From contig CBDCFN010000015.1 in the NCBI GenBank assembly GCA_965216315.1, forward strand, positions 224,001 to 288,000: DNA of 64,000 nt, in the 5' to 3' direction. The notes beneath the pieces were generated by a model. It saw only the letters and a list, made by a program, of their open reading frames with translations. It did not search any database and was not told the origin of the DNA. The translations under genes and the position numbers were made by a program. The stretch's first letter is position 1. Each line of letters starts with the position of its first letter. Source of the DNA: a bacterium. Its GTDB lineage: Bacteria; UBA10199; 2-02-FULL-50-16; JAJFLM01. Positions 28,513-38,467 of this stretch are shown one piece after another.

Positions 28513-30399
28513 ATGTATTTCCCACGTATTATGCAAAGAGCCTTATTGGTCATCACTGCACTCAGCTTCGTATCCGTCGGGATCCATTCAACGGCTCTTG
28601 GGGCCACCTTCAATGTCAATAGCACAACGGATGCCGTTGATAGCAGCCCGGGAGACGGCAGTTGCAATGACGGCAGTGGGAATTGCACGCTGCGCGCCGC
28701 CGTGATGGAGATCAATGCCTTGGGGGAAAACAGCAACACGATTAACTTGCAGGCCCAGATCTACCGATTGACGATCGATCCGAGCACGACCCCCTCAGAA
28801 GGATCTTTTTTCTCCAATGATGCCAAAGGAGACCTAGATATCGCCGTCAGTACCGACATCCTCGGGCAAGGCGCCGATCAAACTGCCATTGAGGCCGACT
28901 ATGATAATAACCAAGCGGCGCGCGTTATTCATGTTGTCAGCAATGATGCCACCAACACGGTTTCGCTCTTTAATCTGACAATTAGAAACGGCAACGAACC
29001 AGCTGCTGTGACCGGTGATGGCTGCGGAGGCGGCATTTTCGTTGAATTCAATCAGAATCTTAACCTCAATCGCGTCGCTGTCACTAATAACAGCGGAGAT
29101 GCCGGCGGGGGGATCTATCATTCGGGTGGACAAGGTGAGATCGCGATTAATGACAGCACGATCAGTGGCAATCATGCCTTCGGCTCAACCGTCTGCGGCC
29201 CTCCAGGAGGCGGGGGAATCTATACGCGGGCGTTTACCACCATTATCAACAGCACCATTAGTGGCAATACGACCAATAACTACGGTGGAGGCCTTTTCAA
29301 CGACGGCTCGGCGAGCTCCGTATTACGCAACGTGACCGTATCCAATAACACGGCCGACTTAGACGAGAACAATACCGGAAACGGCGGGGGTATCTATGAC
29401 CGATCACCAACGACGATCTTCCTCCGCAATACTATTGTTGCGGGCAATTTCGATAATTCAACCTCGATTCCCGTCGTTAATCTGACCCCGGGTCTGAGCG
29501 CTCAGGTTGCCGTGCCGACGATTCATCCCGATTGCTCGGAAAACGGCGGCAGTATCGTTTCCGAGGACTATAACTTGATCGGTGATGAGACCGGGTGCGC
29601 GAGTGCCGCGTCCTGGAATCTCTCAACAGATCTAGTCGGAACCAGTGCTAGTCCGATTCCCCCGCAATTGGATCCCTTGGCCGACAACGGCGGTCCGACC
29701 CGCACCCATGCGCTTCAGGATGACAGCCCGGCCCTCGATGGCGCCGACCCGAGCGGTTGTACCGCGGACTCTGATTTCACCGTCCCCTTAACAGCGGATC
29801 AACGCGGTGAGCCGCGCCCGGTCGATGGCGACGAGAACGGCTCCGCGATCTGCGACATCGGAGCCTTTGAGTTGCAACCGACAGCCTGTGGCGACGGAAC
29901 GGTCGATGCCGGCGAGGAATGCGATGACGGAAACACCGCGGACAACGACGGCTGCTCCGCCACCTGCGTCATTGAGGCCTGTGGTGACGGTGTCCTGCAA
30001 ACCGACGAAGAATGTGACGACAGCAATACTGTCAATGGAGATGGCTGCGACAGCACCTGTCAGAACGAGGCGGGATTCACGCCAACATGTGGTGATGGTA
30101 TTCTTCAAACCAACGAAGAGTGTGATGACGGCAACAAAACGAATGGAGACGGTTGCGATGCCAACTGCAATTTCGAATGCGGTAATGGCACGCGTGAAGG
30201 CAATGAACAATGCGATGATGGCAACGTCGTCGACGGCGACGGTTGCTCGGCCACGTGTACCACTGAAAACCTCCCGTTTGTGCTCATCGGCAAAGGCGGC
30301 TGTAGCCTGAACCCAGCCATGACCGGAAGCATCGGTGGAAGCCTTGTCTGGCTGCTGGTACCCTTTGCCGGCCTGGTCTGGAGACGTCGTCGAAGTTAA
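28513..30399 (+). CDS. CSLREA-like / beta-helix / Cys-repeat surface protein with MYXO-CTERM-like tail
   Basis: VNSTTD..CTLRAA, GGGI repeats, DQRG..CDIGAFE, four CG(D/N)G repeats, GGCSL-TM-RRRRS. Confidence 0.88.
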   Translation: MYFPRIMQRALLVITALSFVSVGIHSTALGATFNVNSTTDAVDSSPGDGSCNDGSGNCTLRAAVMEINALGENSNTINLQAQIYRLTIDPSTTPSEGSFFSNDAKGDLDIAVSTDILGQGADQTAIEADYDNNQAARVIHVVSNDATNTVSLFNLTIRNGNEPAAVTGDGCGGGIFVEFNQNLNLNRVAVTNNSGDAGGGIYHSGGQGEIAINDSTISGNHAFGSTVCGPPGGGGIYTRAFTTIINSTISGNTTNNYGGGLFNDGSASSVLRNVTVSNNTADLDENNTGNGGGIYDRSPTTIFLRNTIVAGNFDNSTSIPVVNLTPGLSAQVAVPTIHPDCSENGGSIVSEDYNLIGDETGCASAASWNLSTDLVGTSASPIPPQLDPLADNGGPTRTHALQDDSPALDGADPSGCTADSDFTVPLTADQRGEPRPVDGDENGSAICDIGAFELQPTACGDGTVDAGEECDDGNTADNDGCSATCVIEACGDGVLQTDEECDDSNTVNGDGCDSTCQNEAGFTPTCGDGILQTNEECDDGNKTNGDGCDANCNFECGNGTREGNEQCDDGNVVDGDGCSATCTTENLPFVLIGKGGCSLNPAMTGSIGGSLVWLLVPFAGLVWRRRRS

Positions 30400-31064
30400 C
30401 GACGACGTTTCTTGATAAAATCCCAGATCTTATGAGACAGCCGCTCCTTTGTCATCCGAGGGAGCGGCTGCTTTTTGCCTGCGGCATCGATGACAACGAC
30501 TTCATTTTTTGAGTCACCGAAGGCATTCCCCTGCCGAACTCGATTGGCCACAATCATATCAAGATTCTTGCGTCGCAATTTATCCGTTGCATTCTTGATA
30601 AGGGCATTCGTCTCCGCAGCAAAGCCCACGAGAAACTGCTGGGACTTTTTACGTTGGCCCAGCGTGGCCAGAATATCTTGCGTCGCTTCGAGCCGCAGCG
30701 TCATCCCACGTGACTGGGTCGAAACAGACTTTTTTAACTTTTGTTTCGCCGGTTGAACCGGACGGTAATCGGCTACCGCCGCGGTCATGATAATGACATC
30801 CGCTGACTTCGCCTTTTTTAGAGTCGCGCGCGCCATCTCGGCAGCGCTAACGACTTCAATCACCTCGACACGCTTTGGCTTGGCAAGCGCAACCGGGCCA
30901 CTTACGAGCGTCACCTTAGCACCGCGTTCCTGGGCAGCGCTCGCCAAGGCATAACCCATGCGCCCTGTAGAAGGATTGGAAAGGAAGCGAACGGGGTCGA
31001 GGTACTCGCGCGTGGGGCCGGCGGTTATAAGGACATTGAGGTTTTTGAGATCTCGTTTGGGCAC
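30396..31064 (-). CDS. coaB: Phosphopantothenate-cysteine ligase (stand-alone)
   Basis: ITAGPTRE.LDPVRF.SN.STG.MG, AAVADY, GFAAET. Confidence 0.92.
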   Translation of the reverse strand: MPKRDLKNLNVLITAGPTREYLDPVRFLSNPSTGRMGYALASAAQERGAKVTLVSGPVALAKPKRVEVIEVVSAAEMARATLKKAKSADVIIMTAAVADYRPVQPAKQKLKKSVSTQSRGMTLRLEATQDILATLGQRKKSQQFLVGFAAETNALIKNATDKLRRKNLDMIVANRVRQGNAFGDSKNEVVVIDAAGKKQPLPRMTKERLSHKIWDFIKKRRR

Positions 31065-31189
31065 TTAAATCCCCCTTAGCCAGCCTTGCCGGCAGGCTGG
31101 TCCCCCTTTACAAAGGGGGAGATCACGGTTTCAATTTATGTCCCCATTCTTGTCCCTCCCTTTGTAAAGGGAGGTTAGGAGGGATTTAA
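31065..31189. repeat. Palindromic element family A, copy 2, with nested 21-bp palindrome
   Basis: Inverted homolog of 5888-5981; extra ccagccttgccggcaggctgg at 31080-31100. Confidence 0.85.
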
Positions 31190-31206
31190 TCTACCTCAAA
31201 CTCCAT

Positions 31207-31785
31207 CTACACCCGATGTAAGGTTTTCGATCTCTTACTAAGCATCGCCTCCAGCGCCTCGACAATCCTCGCCGGATCCGGCAGCCGCCCCCTGCCCTCC
31301 CAACCACAGGCCAGATAGCCTGCCTCCGGATCGAGCAACTGATAACCTAATTCCTGCAGGCACTGAATATTCAACTGCGTCGCCGGATGTTCCCACATAT
31401 TGACATTCATCGAGGGACAAATAAGCACCGGTGCTTTCGTGGCCAACACCACCGTCGTCAAGATATCATCCGCCTGCCCATGCGCGAGCTTGGCCACCGT
31501 GTTGGCCGTTGCCGGAGCAATCACGACGGCATCGGCTCGGTCCGCGAGGGAAATATGCCCGATCTCCTGCTCCTGGGTCAGGTTAAAAAGTTCCGTATGG
31601 ACGGGGTTCCCTGATAAGGCCTGAAAGGTCATGGGCGTCACAAACTCCTGCCCACTCGCGGTCATCATCACATGGACATCGGCACGCGCTTCAATGAGCA
31701 AGCGGACGAACTCACAGGCCTTGTAGGCGGCAATCCCCCCACAAACCCCAACAAGTATCGTTTTATCTTTTAGCATATTGGCCAT
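31207..31785 (-). CDS. coaC: Phosphopantothenoylcysteine decarboxylase (stand-alone)
   Basis: GGIAAYK, HISLA, APATAN, PSMN..MW, LACG..G.GRL. Confidence 0.92.
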   Translation of the reverse strand: MANMLKDKTILVGVCGGIAAYKACEFVRLLIEARADVHVMMTASGQEFVTPMTFQALSGNPVHTELFNLTQEQEIGHISLADRADAVVIAPATANTVAKLAHGQADDILTTVVLATKAPVLICPSMNVNMWEHPATQLNIQCLQELGYQLLDPEAGYLACGWEGRGRLPDPARIVEALEAMLSKRSKTLHRV

Positions 31786-31917
31786 CAATCGACCTTTCGC
31801 CCCCGCCAGGGAACACTAAACCGTAACACATTGATCCGCAAACCGAAAATCGATTTTGACTCTACGGACGGGATTATATAGGGTGCAGCCTCCACTGGGA
31901 GAAGGAGAGCAAAAATA

Positions 31918-33258
31918 ATGGCTGGAACAAAAAAAACCCTATTGGCTTCATTGTTAATCTTTTCAATATGGCTGCCACAGCGCGCGGTCCATGCCGCGGC
32001 AAGCTTTGATTCCTTGAGTTTCAAACCCGCCACGGATCAAGGGTATTACCTGACCGTGGAGCAATCGCAGACTTTAGGTCAGTGGGGTTACGCCGTCGGA
32101 CTGATGACGGAATTCTCTAATGACTCGGTTATCGCCTCCACAGCGACGGGCGCGCGCATTCGTGACGTCATCGAATTTCAAGTCGCCAACCAATTGGGCG
32201 GAGCCGTCGGATTATTCGATTGGTTGAACGCCGGACTCCTCGTCAGTTTTGTTCCCTATCACCAGTTTAACGCCGTCACGACCGGCATCTCCGATAACGG
32301 TGGTAAGATGGGAGATATCCGACTCAACTTTAAAGGTCGGATCTTGAACAACGAAAAGTATCCCGTCGGCATCGCCCTCGTTCCCTTTGTGACCTTTCCG
32401 ACCGGGAGTGACTCCCACTTTGTCGGTAACGGCAAGGTCACGGGTGGCGCCATGCTCGTCGTCGATAGTCCCCGTGTCTTTTCAGAGCGGTTTTCGGCCG
32501 CGCTCAACATAGGAGCTCAAATCCGCTCCGGGGCCGCCTTGAGCTCCGGCACCTCCTTGGATGATCAATTCCTCATCGGGGCCGGTGTCAATTACGAGGT
32601 CACCGAAGATGTCCAACTGATCGCCGAAGTCAACGGCTGGACCCCGCTGGAAAATTTCTGGAAAAATAACGTCCGCAACTTGGAAGGAAACGGAGCGGTC
32701 CGCTATTTTCCGATCCCGGGCCTGGCCCTCACGGCCGGCGGCGGAACCGGCATACTCGATGCCATCGGCGCGCCTGATTGGCGGGTCTTTGTCGGTGTCG
32801 GTTATCGCAAGCCACGCGAAGAGATTCGTGAGGAAGTCATCCGCACCAACAAGATTCATTTCGAGTTTGATAAAGCCCGCATCCTGCCCGTATCGTATCC
32901 CATCCTGGACAGCATCGCGAACACGATCAAGAGTCGTCCGGAGATACTCCATGTCCGGATCGAAGGGCACACCGACAGTAAAGGCAGTGACGCGTATAAC
33001 CAACGGCTCTCCGAACGGCGGGCGCAATCAGTACGTGAATATATGAAGAAGCGCGGCATCCCGGCCGATAAAATGAGCTTCGTCGGTCGCGGTGAAAGCC
33101 AGCCGATCGCGCCGAACCAGATCAATGGTAAGGATAATCCGGAAGGCCGCGCCTTGAACCGCCGCGTTGAGTTCCACCTGCAACTATCACCACGGGCCCG
33201 AATCAAAGTTATTAAAGAGAAAGAGGCGCCGACCTTCATCGAAGGACAACAACGTTAA
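31918..33258 (+). CDS. Outer-membrane beta-barrel + OmpA domain, paralog 3
   Basis: Colinear with 27077-28384; EGHTDS, NRRVEF. Confidence 0.88.
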   Translation: MAGTKKTLLASLLIFSIWLPQRAVHAAASFDSLSFKPATDQGYYLTVEQSQTLGQWGYAVGLMTEFSNDSVIASTATGARIRDVIEFQVANQLGGAVGLFDWLNAGLLVSFVPYHQFNAVTTGISDNGGKMGDIRLNFKGRILNNEKYPVGIALVPFVTFPTGSDSHFVGNGKVTGGAMLVVDSPRVFSERFSAALNIGAQIRSGAALSSGTSLDDQFLIGAGVNYEVTEDVQLIAEVNGWTPLENFWKNNVRNLEGNGAVRYFPIPGLALTAGGGTGILDAIGAPDWRVFVGVGYRKPREEIREEVIRTNKIHFEFDKARILPVSYPILDSIANTIKSRPEILHVRIEGHTDSKGSDAYNQRLSERRAQSVREYMKKRGIPADKMSFVGRGESQPIAPNQINGKDNPEGRALNRRVEFHLQLSPRARIKVIKEKEAPTFIEGQQR

Positions 33259-33264
33259 GGAGAC

Positions 33265-35061
33265 ATGATTATGTATTCACCCAAATGGCTCACCATTTTA
33301 ACAACGGCGGCCTTTCTTTCGGTTGCAAGTTTTACGGCACACGCAGCTAGTTTTACAGTCACTAAAACCGCCGATACGGCCGACGGCACCTGCGATGCGG
33401 ACTGCTCACTGCGCGAGGCCGTGATTGCGGCAAACGCGGCCGGCGGAACCAATGATATCACCCTGCCGGCCGGAACCTATGTGCTGGATCTCGTCGGTGC
33501 ATGCGAAAATTCAGCCGCAACCGGCGATTTGGATATCGTCAATGGCGGACTTGGCACTGATATCACAATCAATGGATCAACAACCGGGGGATCGATCATT
33601 GACGGCAACGGCACAGATCGCGTCTTTCACCTGCCACCCATTACCAGTGCTTCCTCATTGACACTCAACAACGTGACGGTCACCGGGGGCGACGCCCAAG
33701 ACTGCGGAACCGGTACAGATATCGGCGGCGGCATCCGCTTGGAGATGGGCAGTCTCGTCCTCGACAACTCGACCGTAACCGTCAATAACGCACCCGCTAG
33801 CGCCGGAGGCGGAGGCGGAGGTATTTCCGAGTCTTCGTTTGCGAGTTCCATCACGGTTATCGAAAGTACTATCAGCAACAACACGACCGGTGGAACCGGC
33901 GGCGGCATGGGCCTCAATTCGGCCTCGGTCACCATGGTCAACAGCACGGTCTCCGGCAATGATGCCAACGGTTCCGGGGGCGGGATTTCCCTCTTTGATA
34001 ATACGGTTCGACTGCGCAACGTGACCATCACCGATAACACCGCGGATGCGGACGGGGGCAATAACGGCGATGGCGGAGGTGTTGCAGTAGTCGGTACATC
34101 CGGGACACTCATACCTCGCAATACCATCATTGCCGGCAATAACGACGCTTCGACCGGCGCTGCCGCGGCACCGGTCATCAATCCCGACTGCTCGATCTTC
34201 GGTACCTTCACGAGTGAGGGATATAACATCATCGGTGACAATCGGGGTTGTATCTTTACTGCTTCGACCGGCGACCAAGTCGGTGACGTCGCAGGGGGAA
34301 GTTCGGCGATAAACGCACTTCTTGCGGGCCTGGCCAATAACGGCGGCATCACCCGAACCCATGCCCTCCAACCCGGCAGTCCGGCCATCGATATGGCTAA
34401 TAACGTCGAAGGCTGTACGTCCGATGATGCTCAAACGACGGTGCTGACGAACGATCAACGTCAGTTCGGCCGTCCCTTTGATGGCGATGCGGATGGCGAC
34501 ATCCGTTGCGACGTGGGCGCCTTTGAATTAGGTGGTTGCGGAGACGGCATCGTCGATGCGGGAGAAGAATGTGATAACGGTTCCGCCAACAGCGATACCG
34601 ACCCCGACGCCTGTCGCACGACCTGCGTCAACCCGAGTTGCGGCGACGGTGTTGTCGATGCCGGCGAGGGCTGTGATGACGGCAACAACGTGGATGGCGA
34701 CGGTTGCGAAGCCAATTGTGCCCTCATCTCGTGTGGCGATGGAACGGTTGATGCGGGTGAAGAATGCGATGACGGTACCGCCAACAGCGATACCACCGCC
34801 GACGCCTGCCGCACGACCTGCGTCAACCCGACCTGCGGAGACGGCGTAGCCGATGCCGGCGAGGAATGCGATGACGGCAACGCCACCGAGGGTGATGGCT
34901 GCTCCGCCAATTGCACGAATGACAACCTGATCTTCATTCTCGGCGATGGGGGTTGCAGTCTGAACGCCCGAGCGGGTCTTCCCGTGCGGAACGCTGCAGG
35001 GGTCATGCTCTTGCTCGGAACCCTTGGCATGCTCTTAGCCAGCAGGTCCCGAAAAACTTAA
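33265..35061 (+). CDS. CSLREA-domain / beta-helix / Cys-repeat surface protein with MYXO-CTERM-like tail
   Basis: DCSLREA, GGG repeats, GSPAID..CDVGAFE, four CGDG repeats, GGCSL-TM-basic end. Confidence 0.9.
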   Translation: MIMYSPKWLTILTTAAFLSVASFTAHAASFTVTKTADTADGTCDADCSLREAVIAANAAGGTNDITLPAGTYVLDLVGACENSAATGDLDIVNGGLGTDITINGSTTGGSIIDGNGTDRVFHLPPITSASSLTLNNVTVTGGDAQDCGTGTDIGGGIRLEMGSLVLDNSTVTVNNAPASAGGGGGGISESSFASSITVIESTISNNTTGGTGGGMGLNSASVTMVNSTVSGNDANGSGGGISLFDNTVRLRNVTITDNTADADGGNNGDGGGVAVVGTSGTLIPRNTIIAGNNDASTGAAAAPVINPDCSIFGTFTSEGYNIIGDNRGCIFTASTGDQVGDVAGGSSAINALLAGLANNGGITRTHALQPGSPAIDMANNVEGCTSDDAQTTVLTNDQRQFGRPFDGDADGDIRCDVGAFELGGCGDGIVDAGEECDNGSANSDTDPDACRTTCVNPSCGDGVVDAGEGCDDGNNVDGDGCEANCALISCGDGTVDAGEECDDGTANSDTTADACRTTCVNPTCGDGVADAGEECDDGNATEGDGCSANCTNDNLIFILGDGGCSLNARAGLPVRNAAGVMLLLGTLGMLLASRSRKT

Positions 35062-35098
35062 TGATTTAGAGTTCTTATAGGCAGCAACTCAATCCGCC

Positions 35099-36583
35099 AT
35101 GCACGCCGATAACATAAGACGAGGTGGTGCGTGGATGGTGTGCTCTGAACGTAAATTAGAACTGGGGACCTGTTTCGATTCCAGGCGGGAACTCTCCGCC
35201 GACGAGATCGAAGTCAAGGGTCTGGAGGCGTTGGATTATCAACCCTCGGTGGTTCACGACTTCGATCATGATGGCTTGGCCGACTCCGTTTCATTCACGC
35301 AGGCGACCTTAATATATGGCCAATTAGACTATGCCAACGGCCGCGAACAATACAATCTCTCCCCCTTAGAGCCCTTCACGCTGGATGTATTTCTCCGCAG
35401 TGACGCCAGCACGGCAGGCTCACGTTTCGCGCTGCGACCGGCCACCATCGCCGTCCACGATGTCACCGGTGATGGCCAAGCGGACCTCATCGTCAGAGAA
35501 GAAGAGAGAACGGGCAACTTTCGCTATTTCATCTATGAGAATCAGAACCCGTTCAAGGCGCTACCTGCTTACGAGGGACCGACACTTCATGCGCTGCGCG
35601 CCACGGATGACAAGGGTGAGCGCGCCAGCGAGCTCTTAACAAATCGCCAATTCGAACCGAATATCGAACAAGACGCTGTTATTGACCTGTTGGGATTTCA
35701 TCCCGGCACCCTCGGCCTCATCCACTACTATCAATTCAATGACGGTCCGTTCTTAGGCGTCCACGCAGGAGATCCGATCGTTCTCCATCGCTCCTTTCGC
35801 TACCGGTATCCCCTCAGCGTAGAAGATAATTTTACGGTTCGCCTGTTCAATGAAGAAGGGGATGTCGTCCAGAGCTTTACCGTCGAACAAGACATCGAAG
35901 ACCATGTCGAATGGTATCGATTAGAGAGCGGCCCCGCCTTTGCTATCTATCACGTTCCTGGCCGCGAGCCACAGCTCCGTTTCGATGACAACACGGCAGC
36001 AATGGTTGCCCCGGTCTTAGATCAACTCGATGGATTAACAGCGCTGTGGGGTTCGGTAATGGTTGATGGAACCGTGCAAAAAGTGGTGTTCATTGATGAT
36101 GAACACTCGAGCCTGCATGGCACCGGAGATCAACTCGAATATAATACCGTTTTTATCGTCCCAATCCCCGATGATCACGAAACGAATGCCTTGGTTGTCC
36201 TCCATGAGGCCGCCCACAATGTGGAACTCACTTGGTTAAGAGATCGTAATGGCGGTGTCCTGCAGGAAGTCTGGCAGGAACTCATTGACAGCGACTCCAT
36301 GGCCTTTCAATTGCTTAACGAAAGGTATTTCTTGCGACTGGGAAAGGGAGGGCATTCCCAAGACAGTGCCTATGAGCTTTTCGCCACCTTGACCGTCGAC
36401 CTCCTACAAGGCCCTGAGGCCCTAGAATCAGCCCTTAGCCGGTGGGATGCCTCTCACTCGCCCCGACAACAGAGACTCCTACGCCGTGATTTAAGGAAAC
36501 TCTTCGATGCTTATCAGGGGGTACTCAACGAACAGGCCCCACATTCGAAAGATTTTCTCCGACCTTACTACAGGGTCCTCTAG
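35099..36583 (+). CDS. Hypothetical protein with FG-GAP-like Ca motifs and HExxH motif
   Basis: DFDHDGLAD, DVTGDGQADL, LHEAAH, later ELFA. Confidence 0.55.
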   Translation: MHADNIRRGGAWMVCSERKLELGTCFDSRRELSADEIEVKGLEALDYQPSVVHDFDHDGLADSVSFTQATLIYGQLDYANGREQYNLSPLEPFTLDVFLRSDASTAGSRFALRPATIAVHDVTGDGQADLIVREEERTGNFRYFIYENQNPFKALPAYEGPTLHALRATDDKGERASELLTNRQFEPNIEQDAVIDLLGFHPGTLGLIHYYQFNDGPFLGVHAGDPIVLHRSFRYRYPLSVEDNFTVRLFNEEGDVVQSFTVEQDIEDHVEWYRLESGPAFAIYHVPGREPQLRFDDNTAAMVAPVLDQLDGLTALWGSVMVDGTVQKVVFIDDEHSSLHGTGDQLEYNTVFIVPIPDDHETNALVVLHEAAHNVELTWLRDRNGGVLQEVWQELIDSDSMAFQLLNERYFLRLGKGGHSQDSAYELFATLTVDLLQGPEALESALSRWDASHSPRQQRLLRRDLRKLFDAYQGVLNEQAPHSKDFLRPYYRVL

Positions 36584-37368
36584 TTCAAAAAGACCGATAG
36601 ACGCGCAAATTGCTCAAGACTCAAATTCTCCGCACGGGATTTTGGATCAATTCCAATCTCATCACAGATCTGCTGCCACTTCGCGTCATCTTTTAAGCCT
36701 AAACAATTGCGCAACATCTTGCGCCGGGTCGCAAAGGCCTGTCTCACAACGCGCTTGAAGGCCGCTTCTTCGTCTATCTCGACACGGGGTCCAGTCGTCA
36801 GTTTCATTCGGACCACGGCGGAATCGACTTTGGGTGGCGGCGTGAAGGCCTGAGGGCCCACCTTCATGACGATGGCGGAATCACTGTAGAGCTGCGTCAG
36901 GACGGAGAGCACCCCGTAGTCCTTGCCACCCGGCGTCGCCACCAAGCGTTCGGCGACTTCTTTCTGGACCATCAAGGTTAAGGTCGAAAAGAGTTCGCGG
37001 TATTCGATGAGTCGAAAGATAATTTCCGTGCTGACGGAATAGGGAAGATTGGCGACGACTTTAATCTTCCCCTCCCTCGACGGGAGGGAAGTTTTCAAGT
37101 CAACATTCAAAAAATCATCTGCTACGATCTCAACACATTCATTACCCGTATACTTTTCAGCTAAATGCGCCGCCAATTCCTTATCTTTTTCGACTGCGAT
37201 AACGCGTGCCCCAATTTTTAGGAGCGAATCCGTGAGAATACCGCGGCCTGGCCCGATCTCAAGAACCGGATCATTGGCCGCCACCCCGGCCAGCTTGACG
37301 ATCTTGTCAGTAATACTCGGATTGGTTAGAAAGTGCTGTCCGTAGGCACGACGCCGCTGCGAGGTCAT
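36580..37368 (-). CDS. rsmA: 16S rRNA adenine dimethyltransferase
   Basis: GQHFL, EIGPG.G, ANLPY, MVQKEVA.R, PPPKVDS. Confidence 0.96.
   Translation of the reverse strand: MTSQRRRAYGQHFLTNPSITDKIVKLAGVAANDPVLEIGPGRGILTDSLLKIGARVIAVEKDKELAAHLAEKYTGNECVEIVADDFLNVDLKTSLPSREGKIKVVANLPYSVSTEIIFRLIEYRELFSTLTLMVQKEVAERLVATPGGKDYGVLSVLTQLYSDSAIVMKVGPQAFTPPPKVDSAVVRMKLTTGPRVEIDEEAAFKRVVRQAFATRRKMLRNCLGLKDDAKWQQICDEIGIDPKSRAENLSLEQFARLSVFLN
37066..37091. repeat. Short family-A-type hairpin in rsmA
   Basis: ccctccc-tcgac-gggaggg, same loop as 48585-48624. Confidence 0.55.
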
Positions 37369-38465
37369 CCCGGCGGTGGCCCTTTCAACATCTCTGTCGG
37401 ATTAGCATTGAGATCCCACGGCGAGGTTTCACCGTGCGCCAGGCGCTTGGCACCGACATAGGCTATCATCGCGGCATTGTCCGTGCAATACTTGGGCGAT
37501 GACATGACGCACTCAATGCCCTCAGTTTCGCAGGCCGCGCTTAGCTTTGAACGCAGCCGGCTGTTGCAGGCGACCCCGCCAGTGAGGAGCACGGTTTTGT
37601 CCCCGTATTCGCGCGCAGCTTTTAAGGTCTTTTCGATCAGCGAGTCGACAACCGCTTCTTGAAACGACGCGCAGATGTTAGCAATGGCTGCTTCCCCTCC
37701 TTGACTAGGAGGGGATTGAGGGGAGGTCAGTAAAGACCCCTCCCTAACCCTCCCCTTACTAAGGGGAGGGAAACCAGTTTTTTCAATATAATACCGCACC
37801 GCCGTCTTCACCCCACTAAAACTGAAATCCAAGGGATGCCCGCGCACCTGACTCCGTGGGAAGTCATGCGCCCCGGGGTCTCCCTCTTTGGCCAGCCGGT
37901 CTACGATCGGCCCGCCCGGATAGCCCAAGTCCAGCATCTTGGCGACCTTGTCAAAGGCCTCGCCCGCTGCATCATCCCGGGTCGCACCGATCAACTCGTA
38001 TTCGGCAAAGGCCTGACAGCGATAAAGGACCGTGTGCCCTCCCGAAACCAACAGGGCCAGATGCGGATAGGAAATGTCCGGATGTTCTAAGAAAGGGGCA
38101 TTGAGATGTCCTTCTAAATGACTGACGCCAATGAAGGGTTTCTTGAGACCCCATGCGAATGACTTGGCAAAACAGAGCCCGACTAACAGCGAACCCAAGA
38201 GACCGGGTCGCGTCGTTGCGACGACTCCGTCAAGTTGGTGCGCCTCCAGTCCTGATTCTTTGAGCGTTGCCTTGACCATCGGCGCGAGCACCTGGAGGTG
38301 TTGCCGTGAGGCCAGTTCCGGAACAATCCCCCCATGGGGTCGGTGAATCTCGTGCTGGCTCGCGACATCGTTCGCCAATACCTCGACATGATTATTTGAA
38401 CTGACTTGGAGAACGCAGGCCGCAGTCTCGTCACAGGATGATTCAATGCCAAGGACCGTTATCAT
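37365..38465 (-). CDS. tsaD: tRNA N6-adenosine threonylcarbamoyltransferase
   Basis: GIESSCDET, VPELASR.H, HLEGH, SGGHT, GEAFDK, FSFSG.KT, CTDNAAM. Confidence 0.97.
   Translation of the reverse strand: MITVLGIESSCDETAACVLQVSSNNHVEVLANDVASQHEIHRPHGGIVPELASRQHLQVLAPMVKATLKESGLEAHQLDGVVATTRPGLLGSLLVGLCFAKSFAWGLKKPFIGVSHLEGHLNAPFLEHPDISYPHLALLVSGGHTVLYRCQAFAEYELIGATRDDAAGEAFDKVAKMLDLGYPGGPIVDRLAKEGDPGAHDFPRSQVRGHPLDFSFSGVKTAVRYYIEKTGFPPLSKGRVREGSLLTSPQSPPSQGGEAAIANICASFQEAVVDSLIEKTLKAAREYGDKTVLLTGGVACNSRLRSKLSAACETEGIECVMSSPKYCTDNAAMIAYVGAKRLAHGETSPWDLNANPTEMLKGPPPG
37691..37772. repeat. In-frame double family-A-type palindrome in tsaD
   Basis: Two ccctcc..ggaggg hairpins back to back; encodes FPPLSKGRVREGSLLTSPQSPPSQGGE. 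Confidence 0.85.
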
Positions 38466-38467
38466 CG

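Noticed and set aside
29880..30270. Repeated tgcgatgacggcaac units (also 34530-34920) as a DNA repeat array or DGR template
   Set aside because: Explained by protein Cys repeats; no reverse transcriptase or adenine-specific variation evident
33627..35030. Long minus-strand ORFs
   Set aside because: Shadows of the Gly/Asp/Thr-rich CSLREA gene
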